Part shown: positions 45,706 through 53,656 of the stretch, piece after piece
Numbering within the stretch: position 1 is the stretch's first letter
Layout of the letters: each line of letters opens with the position of its first letter
DNA from: Ignavibacteria bacterium
GTDB lineage: Bacteria; Bacteroidota; Ignavibacteria; Kapaibacteriales; Kapaibacteriaceae
DNA length: 53,656 nt
Reading direction: 5' to 3'
Assembly (NCBI GenBank): GCA_947458785.1
Contig: CANGZU010000003.1
Location: 1 to 53,656 of the forward strand
Position numbers and translations under genes: made by a program
The notes under the pieces: model-generated
What the model saw: only the letters and a program-made list of their open reading frames with translations
What the model was told of the DNA's origin: nothing
Database searches by the model: none

Positions 45706-48092
45706 TTGGACAACTCGCTATACATGCGCTTTTCGGCATGGCCATTGCAACCACGGTTCTCTATGGCCAGTCTCTGCGCGCCCCATCAGACGATTCACGT
45801 ACTGCCATAGCACGATGGATCTACCGAATACTCACTGGTGGCTTGGTGCTGTGTGCTGGAGCACTAATCACGCTTATCGTTACGCATCAGTTCCAGTACA
45901 CCTATGTCTGGAATTACTCGTCGACTGAACTTCCTCTTCACCTCCTCATTGCCTGTTTCTATTCGGGTCAAGAGGGGAGTTTCGTTCTCTGGACGCTCTT
46001 CGTAGCTCTTATCGGTCTTGCACTACAGCCATACGCAAAGCGACACGGCTATGAAGCTCCCGTGATGATGTTCTATGGTCTGATTCTGAGTTTTCTGACC
46101 CTGTTGCTTGTTGCCAAGAACCCATTTGCCTACTATTTCGAGTCGTTCGCTGCCCAAGGGATCACAGTTGATGACATACCACTCAACGGTAAGGGGCTCA
46201 ACCCGCTCTTGCATAATGCATGGATCACGATTCATCCGCCAATCTTGTTCATGGGCTTTGCTTCGATGTCGGTAAGCTTTGCCTTTGCGATGGCTGGGCT
46301 TGTCCGAAAAGAGTATCATCGCTGGATTGACATTGCATTACCTTGGACGTTGTTTGCCACGGGCATCCTCGGGTTTGGCATCATGCTTGGAGGCTTCTGG
46401 GCATACGAGACGCTTGGTTGGGGCGGCTTTTGGGGTTGGGATCCAGTTGAGAACTCATCATTAATCCCTTGGCTAGTTGTCGTCGCTCTTGTTCACACAA
46501 TGCTTGTGCAGAAGCGTACACGAGGGCTGGTCAAGACCAACATGGTCTTGGCTGTCATGAGCTTCGTCATGGTCTTGTATTCGACGTTTCTAACGAGAAG
46601 CGGCGTTCTGGGCGACACATCTGTGCATTCATTCGTGGACCCGGGTCGTTTCGCCTTCTGGATACTGTTGTTGTTCATGGTAACGTTTGTAGCAGTCGGT
46701 ACTGGGTTGGTGATTGCACGGCGCAAGAGCATGGACATTCATCGAGAAGAGTTCTCACCGTCGACGCGTGAGTTCATGCTTTCGATTGGTTCGGCACTTG
46801 TCATGGCTAGCGCAATCTTTGTTACCATTGGCACATCTTGGCCGGTGATCATGGAGATTATCGGCATGCCTAAGGTTGCCGTTGCGACAGACTTTTACAA
46901 CAAGGTTCACCAAGTTCTCGTGCCGTTGATCCTGATCGTTAATGCAGTTTCATTGATCACACGTTGGAGATCGACGACCACGTCCGTCTTCATGCGCCGT
47001 CTCATGGTTGCCGCCGGCATAGCTACATTGGGAACGGCCGTGTTGGCCTTCTTTGGAATTCGTGAAATCTGGCCTTTAGCATTGGGCTTTGCGGCATGGT
47101 TGTCGTTCGCGATCAACCTGCAAGAGGGTGTGCGGCTCTTGAAGGCCGGGCCTGCCATGATGGGTGCGTATGTTTCCCATGTTGGCATAACGCTACTGAT
47201 GTTCGGAGTTATCACCACATCGATGTATGCGGAGACGCATCATGCGGTTCTTGTGCATGGTAAGCCGGTGACCGTTGGGACCTATACGCTGACGTATCTC
47301 GGCAAGGAGCAAGTTGATAGGGAATTCAAGGACCGAGAAAAATTCCGTTACTACGTGCGAATCGAGCACGACGGACAACGTCGCACTGTAGCACCAGTTC
47401 TCTACTGGAGTGATTTCAATCAACGTCAATCCCCATTTCTCGAGCCCGGCATTCGTTGGGGACTATCGAATGATCTGTATGTGTCGCCAAAGAACATAGG
47501 CCGTGAAGACGTATTCCGTGAGACCACTGTTCAGAAGGGGGCAAGCATTCGCGTACCGATCGACACGACGCTCAAACTCACGCTAGACGGGTTTACCATG
47601 CCGATGGAGGAAGGGCAAACGGAAGACGGTAGAATGCAAATGTCGGCCAAGTTGTTAGCGACAACACCGGGTGGTGAGACCGTTGAACTCAAGGCACGTA
47701 CTCGTATCTCAACTGGCCCTAATGGACCGGCATTTGATCCGGAGTGGACGACCATTCCAGGCACATCAACTGTTGTTGGGCTTATCAACATTGACCGAAA
47801 CAATGAAGACCCATCGAAGTCGAAGGGGACCTTTGCATTCTACGACGCCAACAAACCACGTCCTTTTGCCAAGGAAGAGTTCACTGTTGAGTTTTCTGTC
47901 AAGCCCCTTATCTCACTCGTGTGGATCGGCGTTATTGCTATGGTTACAGGCTTTGGGTTCTCGATCGGGCGTTCACTTCGGTCGTTGAAGAAGCTGCAAA
48001 CGTTGAGCATGCGTCAAGACACACCAGCTCCCGACACTCAGATCGAGGCTCAGCAGGTCAAGACTTCCAACCCTAACGCGGATCAGGCGTAA
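45702..48092 (+). CDS. ccmF: Cytochrome c heme lyase subunit CcmF
   Basis: 796 aa. It has the WWD motif WAYETLGWGGFWGWDPVENSS and many TM segments. The last ~40 codons overlap the convergent rluE. Confidence 0.92.
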   Translation: MIGQLAIHALFGMAIATTVLYGQSLRAPSDDSRTAIARWIYRILTGGLVLCAGALITLIVTHQFQYTYVWNYSSTELPLHLLIACFYSGQEGSFVLWTLFVALIGLALQPYAKRHGYEAPVMMFYGLILSFLTLLLVAKNPFAYYFESFAAQGITVDDIPLNGKGLNPLLHNAWITIHPPILFMGFASMSVSFAFAMAGLVRKEYHRWIDIALPWTLFATGILGFGIMLGGFWAYETLGWGGFWGWDPVENSSLIPWLVVVALVHTMLVQKRTRGLVKTNMVLAVMSFVMVLYSTFLTRSGVLGDTSVHSFVDPGRFAFWILLLFMVTFVAVGTGLVIARRKSMDIHREEFSPSTREFMLSIGSALVMASAIFVTIGTSWPVIMEIIGMPKVAVATDFYNKVHQVLVPLILIVNAVSLITRWRSTTTSVFMRRLMVAAGIATLGTAVLAFFGIREIWPLALGFAAWLSFAINLQEGVRLLKAGPAMMGAYVSHVGITLLMFGVITTSMYAETHHAVLVHGKPVTVGTYTLTYLGKEQVDREFKDREKFRYYVRIEHDGQRRTVAPVLYWSDFNQRQSPFLEPGIRWGLSNDLYVSPKNIGREDVFRETTVQKGASIRVPIDTTLKLTLDGFTMPMEEGQTEDGRMQMSAKLLATTPGGETVELKARTRISTGPNGPAFDPEWTTIPGTSTVVGLINIDRNNEDPSKSKGTFAFYDANKPRPFAKEEFTVEFSVKPLISLVWIGVIAMVTGFGFSIGRSLRSLKKLQTLSMRQDTPAPDTQIEAQQVKTSNPNADQA

Positions 48093-48554
48093 GGTTGGGT
48101 GTCCTGCCGCAGCCGTCATTCGACGCACTTGTCGGTTCCTACCCTCTGTTAGCTCGAGTTCGATCCAAGACGTAGGTACCGATTTACGCTGACGGATCGG
48201 AGGGTTGCGTTCGTCAAGTTCTTCTGGCGCTGTGATTATCCGAGCCTTACACGGCTTGGTTTTTTGTCCTTGTATCAGAACACCATTTTCCAAGGTGTCT
48301 AAGCACGCTGAATCTGCTGTGTGTTCCACCTGTACCCAGTAGGTTCTGGGGTGCCCATTAGCTGGTTCGAGGAGTTGAGCGACGATCTCGCGTTCATCGC
48401 TCAGAACCAACATTCCCTCGCTGTCGGCGTCAAGTCGTCCAACTGGATACACGTCGGCTGGTAGTTGCAATTCCGAAAGCGTCTTCCACGAGCTGCCTGG
48501 CTCGGGAGTAAACTGCGACAGATATCCGTAGGGTTTGTAACAAACGATGATCAT
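47973..48554 (-). CDS. rluE: RNA pseudouridine synthase, RsuA/RluE family
   Basis: It has the catalytic motif GRLDADSEGMLVLSDE and RQVRRMTAAAGHPTLRLIRVRVG. There is no S4 domain, and the size (193 aa) fits RluE. Confidence 0.8.
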   Translation of the reverse strand: MIIVCYKPYGYLSQFTPEPGSSWKTLSELQLPADVYPVGRLDADSEGMLVLSDEREIVAQLLEPANGHPRTYWVQVEHTADSACLDTLENGVLIQGQKTKPCKARIITAPEELDERNPPIRQRKSVPTSWIELELTEGRNRQVRRMTAAAGHPTLRLIRVRVGSLDLLSLDLSVGSWCVLTHAQRLQLLQRPK

Positions 48555-50503
48555 CGGTCAAAATAAACGCCAACTGGTAGGTCATCAACCGGTGTCGCAA
48601 TATTTCTTCCGAGAACATCGTAAAGCATCCTGCGAGGTCGACGAGTGACGGTGGGATCAAACAACCGCGTTCGATCTTGTTCCTCGCATATTCCGAGTGT
48701 CTCTATCTCTCCGGGTATCTTCTCTGTGTTAACCTGCACCAGAAAGCCCCGTTCCGAATACCAACTCGTGGAATCGATTACAGCGTGAGTCTTTGCAATG
48801 GGGCCAAGTGTATGTATGCCTCGTATCGTGCCGAGCGTATCACCAACTCGTAATGTATCGAACGCAATCTCAAGGTGCGCCACTACGCGCGATTGTGTGA
48901 TACTCAAGGAATCCTGACTGGTCGGCACGAAGATGCTTCCGTCAAACGAGATCTGACAGGACACGGAACGTACACCTGATAGGAAGAAATTCTCACCATC
49001 GTCGATGCTGTCGACCACAATGGCCAAGGTGTCAGATACGCCGGCTAGCCCGCGAGCATCTGTGACTCTGAGCCGTAGTGAAGGTTCGAACAATTTTTGA
49101 AAAGCCATGCCACCGGTATACCCATAGGATTCAGCAGGTCCATAGCCATAAACGATAACCCCAAACGCAGAGTCGCACGTTAGCTGGTGATTACCTGAGG
49201 CAACGCTGTAGGTGGTGTAGGAGAACGTCGATCCAGGGATTGGAACAGAGGCCACGGGTGGTGCACCGTTAACGCGCAGACTAGCAATAGCAGAAGTGGG
49301 GACGGTACACGTAATGAAATGCGATGTGTAGAAGGCATTGCCATTCAATCGAGGCTCGATGGTCACCACACGGTATTGATCGAGGAACTGCTCAAATGGT
49401 GGGACGACGATGAGAGAAGGATCGCCAGGTGAACTGTTACCAAAGGAACCGCGATTCGCACTACGATCAATGATTGTGACGAGAACCGGCTCAGTTGCAA
49501 CAATGTTTAGGGGGCGATCTAACGGAATGTCCCAATACTTTGCAGCATCGATTCTCCAAGGTGTTAGTCCATTCACTGTTACGATCGTGCTATCTCGTGA
49601 GGCGAGTATGCGACACACCGTAACATCATCATCATTAAAGGGGCGATTATTACTTGCCGGAGACAACGGAGCAACCAATATCTGCTTGCCCCATGTATCT
49701 ACTCCGGGCATTTGCTCAACAAGGCAGTCTCTACTTGCGGATGACGTCAGAATCGGTACCTGAGCGCGACGATGCGATGCTATCGCAACAACTGGCTTTG
49801 AAGCTCGAACTCTAGACCCCGTGAGATCGTCATTTGTTCTTCCATTGGTTACGCGAGCCTGAACAAGGTATGATTCACCGGTGTTGAGAACAACTGAGCG
49901 TTGAGAGCCGTTCGCGCGCGCCGAACGATCGACACTAAGATCGATGGTGACAACTGTTGAATCCTCTGTTGCAACCACGACAAACTGACTTGGATATGCT
50001 GTTAAACCTGTCGCATCAGAAGCATAGGTGGAAATGATATACTCTTCCGACAACGCATCAGTGGGCAGCACAAGCCATGCATCACTGGTATTATCGTCTC
50101 GCATGCCGGCATAGACTGTAACGTCAGCGGTCGATCGCACGTGAATACTCGCCGGGTTGGGACGCTCATCATCCTGGCCAAACTGTCCAACCTGATTGGC
50201 ACCTCGTAGCTCATAGAGATCGGCCGTCAATCGAAACTGCCAGACAACGTTTGCAGGGACCTGCACTGAAAAGCTATCGATAACACCGTCGCGCCTCCGA
50301 GCTTCAACGTCTACCTGGCATGCTTGTGAGGTTGCAACGAAGATTACGACGATGGCAGGATCAGCTGACAATCCAGAGATGTGGTCGTTGGGTGGTATTG
50401 CTAACCAGAAATCCTGCCCCTTGCTGTCACGCAGGGGCTGCCCCAAAGCCACAGTTGACAATAGGGTAGATACGACAACGATGAATGTTACGAGTCTATA
50501 CAT
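48551..50503 (-). CDS. Secreted IgGFc-binding-N-terminal-like domain protein with T9SS-type C-terminus
   Basis: Starting at 50503 gives the signal peptide MYRLVTFIVVVSTLLSTVALG. The body follows the IgGFc_binding pattern (DFWLAIPPN...DLTGSRVRASKPVVA...VEQMPGVDTWG...GDPSLIVVPP...VIVYGYGPAESYGYTGG). The C-terminus (LYDVLGRNIATPVDDLPVGVYF) resembles a short T9SS CTD. Confidence 0.6.
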   Translation of the reverse strand: MYRLVTFIVVVSTLLSTVALGQPLRDSKGQDFWLAIPPNDHISGLSADPAIVVIFVATSQACQVDVEARRRDGVIDSFSVQVPANVVWQFRLTADLYELRGANQVGQFGQDDERPNPASIHVRSTADVTVYAGMRDDNTSDAWLVLPTDALSEEYIISTYASDATGLTAYPSQFVVVATEDSTVVTIDLSVDRSARANGSQRSVVLNTGESYLVQARVTNGRTNDDLTGSRVRASKPVVAIASHRRAQVPILTSSASRDCLVEQMPGVDTWGKQILVAPLSPASNNRPFNDDDVTVCRILASRDSTIVTVNGLTPWRIDAAKYWDIPLDRPLNIVATEPVLVTIIDRSANRGSFGNSSPGDPSLIVVPPFEQFLDQYRVVTIEPRLNGNAFYTSHFITCTVPTSAIASLRVNGAPPVASVPIPGSTFSYTTYSVASGNHQLTCDSAFGVIVYGYGPAESYGYTGGMAFQKLFEPSLRLRVTDARGLAGVSDTLAIVVDSIDDGENFFLSGVRSVSCQISFDGSIFVPTSQDSLSITQSRVVAHLEIAFDTLRVGDTLGTIRGIHTLGPIAKTHAVIDSTSWYSERGFLVQVNTEKIPGEIETLGICEEQDRTRLFDPTVTRRPRRMLYDVLGRNIATPVDDLPVGVYFDR

Positions 50504-51594
50504 TTCTTGAGAAGAGATTCCATTTCCGCAGTGCTTTGATCCCACGAAAACTGAGATGCCCAATCAACTGCGCCTTGCGAGAGTCGATGTAGCTCATCCT
50601 GATCGGTAATGAGTTGTTGGAGTGTTTCCTGCAACGCACGAATATCGCCATATGGATAGAGTTTACCCGATACGTCAATCTTCACCGAATCGCGCAATCC
50701 TGGAGAATCCGCAGACACAACAGGCGTACCACAAGCATTTGACTCGATGTTTGTTATGCCCCAACCTTCCTTGATCGAGGAATTCACGACGATCCAGCTT
50801 TGCGAGAGAAGGCGAATCTTGGTTGATTGATCAACAAATCCATGGAAGTCGATAGCCTCGCTAACACCCAGCTGTATAGCAATGTCCCTCAGCCGCTGCT
50901 CATCGTCGCCCTTACCTATGATCCACAAACGAGCAGCTTGCTCTTGCTGTCGCAAACCAGCAAATGCGCGAATAACCTGGTCAACAGATTTATAAGCCTT
51001 GAGTCGACCAAAGTAGGTAATCACCGGATAGGGGGCTTTCTCGCTAACCAGCATAGGGTACTCGCCAGCGTCTATTCCGTTGTAGACAATCGATAGACGA
51101 GATGCATCTAGTCCACTAGCAAGGCATTCGTGACGGGTACTCTCCGAGACGACGGCCATTGGTGTTGATCGATAAACAAACGGGAGGCACCGCTCAGCAA
51201 GATTGACGTACAATGCCGCAGGAAGACTTGCTTCCTGAAAGATGCTTGAACCAAACAGGTGGTGTACAAGCGCCACAATGGGCTTCTTGATAAAAAGCGG
51301 CGTCATCAAGGGAATCTTGTTGATGTCATCTACGACGACATCAACTCCTAGCCCCTTACCATTGCGGTTCCACCAAAGAGGCACGTGCAGGTTGTATGTA
51401 GACCTTGTACCAATTCGATAGACGTGCATGCCATCAAGAATCTCCGAGTCAGCCGCGCCATCAAATCCACAGGTTACGAGGTGAACTTCATGGCCCCTTG
51501 CAACAAGCCTCGAAAAGATCGCATGAAGATGCGCCTCTGCACCACCAGCCTGTGGATGCAATCTATCCTGCCAATTGAATACAAGGATCTTCAT
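50488..51594 (-). CDS. Glycosyltransferase family 4 (GT-B)
   Basis: It starts MKILVFNWQDRLHPQAGGAEAHL. The C-terminal half contains EGWGITNIESNACGTPVV, an E-x7-E-type motif. Confidence 0.85.
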   Translation of the reverse strand: MKILVFNWQDRLHPQAGGAEAHLHAIFSRLVARGHEVHLVTCGFDGAADSEILDGMHVYRIGTRSTYNLHVPLWWNRNGKGLGVDVVVDDINKIPLMTPLFIKKPIVALVHHLFGSSIFQEASLPAALYVNLAERCLPFVYRSTPMAVVSESTRHECLASGLDASRLSIVYNGIDAGEYPMLVSEKAPYPVITYFGRLKAYKSVDQVIRAFAGLRQQEQAARLWIIGKGDDEQRLRDIAIQLGVSEAIDFHGFVDQSTKIRLLSQSWIVVNSSIKEGWGITNIESNACGTPVVSADSPGLRDSVKIDVSGKLYPYGDIRALQETLQQLITDQDELHRLSQGAVDWASQFSWDQSTAEMESLLKKCIDS

Positions 51595-51597
51595 GCA

Positions 51598-53601
51598 CTA
51601 CCGTGGTGTCTCTACGATAACCTCAACCGTTCTTGAATAGAAACGACCCTCAGGAGTGTCGTTGTCATACAATGGCAGCGATTCGCCAACGCCTTGGGTA
51701 GATGTTCTCTCCGTTGCAAGAGCAGATGCTACCGCCTTTGCGCGCTTCTCACTGAGACTGAGATTGTAAGCCGCATCACCAACACGATCGGAATAGCCAA
51801 CGACCTTGACCGTCGAGCGAGGTGTGATAGACTTCTTGATTTCACTTACCAAACGCTGATTGTCTACCGAAACATCGGCACGGTCGAACCCAAACAAGAT
51901 CAAAGAATAGCGATCAATGTTCTTGTCCGTACCTCCGGTGCGTGCCTTGTCTGACAGCAAGATCTCTGATACCTGCATTGATCCTGCTTCACTCGGTATG
52001 ATTTTACCAGCCGAGTCTTGAACGACGAGCATGTATTCAAGGTTTCTGATCCCACGAGGAATGAATCGTGACGTTTCAGCCAATCTCCAGTCAACATGTG
52101 CTGGAGGAGTTGCTTGGCCATGAAACACCTTGATGATCTGCTCGTTCTGTGAGACAAACAATGTCCAAGTCTTGACCTGCTCACCCTGTTGCACATTTGG
52201 GCTAAAGCGCATTCCCGTTGGAGTGAAGACGCGCATCGTATCGCGCGATCCAACGGGGGAGAGAATTGCGTTATCGCTCGCAGAAATCTCGACACGCATG
52301 TTCTCAACAGCACCGTCAACATCATCCGAAGATGAGGCCACAGAAGGTAGTCCTCTGTCTTCTACCGCGACGCGCGATGCGTCGACACCCCATGTCTCTA
52401 CCAAGTAGGACTTGATCACCAGAGCTCGACGCTTTGCAAGGTCGTCGCTTAATCCCTCTTCCGATTTGTCGCGGCACCCCGTCAGAGTGATTGTGGCCTC
52501 TGGCGTCTCCAGCATGCGCTTGCCAACGATATTGAGCATCTGGTAATAGGTAACCATTGCATCGAGATTGTAGAAATTGTCTAAAGAGTACCCCTCTATC
52601 TGATCTTTGCCAATCTGCCTATACCGAACCGGCAGGGTATGGGACCCCTTATCGAAGAAGACATACGGTAGCAGGGGGCGTATCCGGTTCGACGCAAACT
52701 CTTCGATCCGCACACCAGAAGTTGTTTGTGTAGCGCCTTCCTCGTTGATACCTGCAACGGTCACCGATGGCACTGGAACCGATGCAGACTCAGTAGCAGA
52801 CCGCAGTGGCGAGTTGCGTGCAATATCGAATAGTTCGATGTCGCTGAGGTCGTCCTCCAGTGCGGGTGGTACAAACGAGATGGAAACACCAGCACGGGCC
52901 CGCTGAATGAGCCATGAAGTTTCTTGCAGAAGATTCGTTGGACTGATACTGATCAGCAATTCAGGAGAGATAAACGCTGTGTTATCAGCATTCATCGGAA
53001 GGTCAAATGACAAACCGGTCGTGAGACCCAGATACACACTGCTTAACGATTCAAGAGCTCCATTGCGTTGATTACGCATCCGTTGGTTGTTTTCGAAGGT
53101 TGCATTTCCTGGTGTTGACAACCGTTCAGCCTGGGAATATGTACCGGAGAGATTGTAACCCATCGTCAAGCCACCGAGCAGAAACATCTGCTTGCTCAGC
53201 GTATATCGCCCAAGTACGTCAACACCAAGCATTGCATGAGCTACGTTAAGCTCGTGCTGGATCGTGGCTGGAACGCGAACACCACGGTCAAGCAATGTTT
53301 GTGATTCGGTTGTTACAAGATCAACGGCAGACGAGTAATAGCCAACGCGCACGTCGATGCCAAGCGAAGCCGACATGGGTGCAAGGTATTGGGCAGAAAG
53401 ACCAAACAAAGAGCCCTGACCGCCAGTAAACTCAGGACAGCAATTCTCCGCTTCAGGAATTCTCGAAAAGCCCGTCATATGCAGGTCTAGTCCACCGTGC
53501 AGAATCAGACCCAGACGCGCATTCTGGGTTTGGGCATGCGTTTGAACTGCGACAAAAGCGATTGCCGTGATGATGAGTATGCGGAGTTGGATGCGATTCA
53601 T
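51598..53601 (-). CDS. OmpA-family outer membrane protein (N-terminal beta-barrel plus two OmpA_C-like domains)
   Basis: After the signal peptide come ~230 aa of alternating-hydrophobic barrel-like sequence. The internal OmpA-like module reads ITLTGCRDKSE...LAKRRALVIKSYL. The terminal module reads VKVVGYSDRVGDAAYNLSLSEKRAKAVASAL. Confidence 0.8.
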   Translation of the reverse strand: MNRIQLRILIITAIAFVAVQTHAQTQNARLGLILHGGLDLHMTGFSRIPEAENCCPEFTGGQGSLFGLSAQYLAPMSASLGIDVRVGYYSSAVDLVTTESQTLLDRGVRVPATIQHELNVAHAMLGVDVLGRYTLSKQMFLLGGLTMGYNLSGTYSQAERLSTPGNATFENNQRMRNQRNGALESLSSVYLGLTTGLSFDLPMNADNTAFISPELLISISPTNLLQETSWLIQRARAGVSISFVPPALEDDLSDIELFDIARNSPLRSATESASVPVPSVTVAGINEEGATQTTSGVRIEEFASNRIRPLLPYVFFDKGSHTLPVRYRQIGKDQIEGYSLDNFYNLDAMVTYYQMLNIVGKRMLETPEATITLTGCRDKSEEGLSDDLAKRRALVIKSYLVETWGVDASRVAVEDRGLPSVASSSDDVDGAVENMRVEISASDNAILSPVGSRDTMRVFTPTGMRFSPNVQQGEQVKTWTLFVSQNEQIIKVFHGQATPPAHVDWRLAETSRFIPRGIRNLEYMLVVQDSAGKIIPSEAGSMQVSEILLSDKARTGGTDKNIDRYSLILFGFDRADVSVDNQRLVSEIKKSITPRSTVKVVGYSDRVGDAAYNLSLSEKRAKAVASALATERTSTQGVGESLPLYDNDTPEGRFYSRTVEVIVETPR

Positions 53602-53656
53602 CGGACCACCTCCATACGGCGAGTGATTGTTTCGGTTGGTGTCGACATAACCATGA
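53598..53656 (-). CDS. Possible 3' end of an upstream CDS (partial, function unknown)
   Basis: The minus-strand frame is open from the window edge to a TGA that overlaps the OmpA-family start codon as ATGA (...TPTETITRRMEVVR*). Only 18 codons are visible. Confidence 0.3.
   Translation of the reverse strand, partial: MVMSTPTETITRRMEVVR

Noticed and set aside
1-53656. I looked for CRISPR arrays, IS elements and transposase genes, integrases, phage genes, toxin-antitoxin pairs, restriction-modification systems or other defence genes, and long non-coding stretches.
   Set aside because: No intergenic gap exceeds about 150 nt, and the larger ones hold tRNAs or promoters. No direct-repeat arrays or terminal inverted repeats were noticed. 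No ORF has recombinase, nuclease-defence or phage-like motifs. An eye scan cannot exclude short dispersed repeats.

Overview
This is a dense chromosomal segment that is almost entirely coding (about 48 CDS and 2 tRNAs). I found no rRNA, CRISPR array, IS element or prophage signature. The lineage looks like the FCB group (Bacteroidota / Ignavibacteriota / Chlorobiota-like). Two secreted proteins end in T9SS-type C-terminal sorting domains, and TAnnTTTG-type -7 promoter boxes sit in front of both tRNAs and queA.

Most of the content is housekeeping: gyrA, an acyl-CoA synthetase, etfBA, uvrA, uvrB, truA, msrB, mrdA, queA, rluE and an M32 carboxypeptidase. Envelope and transport modules are interleaved with these genes:
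- A TolC-HlyD-ABC operon (10736-15107) whose only ABC protein has every ATPase motif degenerate.
- A TetR-controlled composite efflux locus (18080-27671) with one TolC, a MacAB-type pump and an RND pump.
- A small polysaccharide-type operon (methyltransferase, Wzz-like, Wzy_C/O-antigen-ligase-like) that ends in a translationally coupled PBP2, with no RodA nearby.
- A translationally coupled variant System I cytochrome c maturation cluster (43395-48092). It has a CxxxY-type CcmE, a second tail-less CcmE-like paralogue, an unlisted CcmD mini-ORF, a CcmC with an expanded first periplasmic loop, and no ccmA/B/G/H in the cluster.
- An OmpA-family / GT4 / T9SS-cargo operon.

The most unusual items are the ATPase-dead ABC exporter and the tandem CcmE arrangement. 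Every call rests on reading the supplied translations and the nucleotide sequence. No database search was run.
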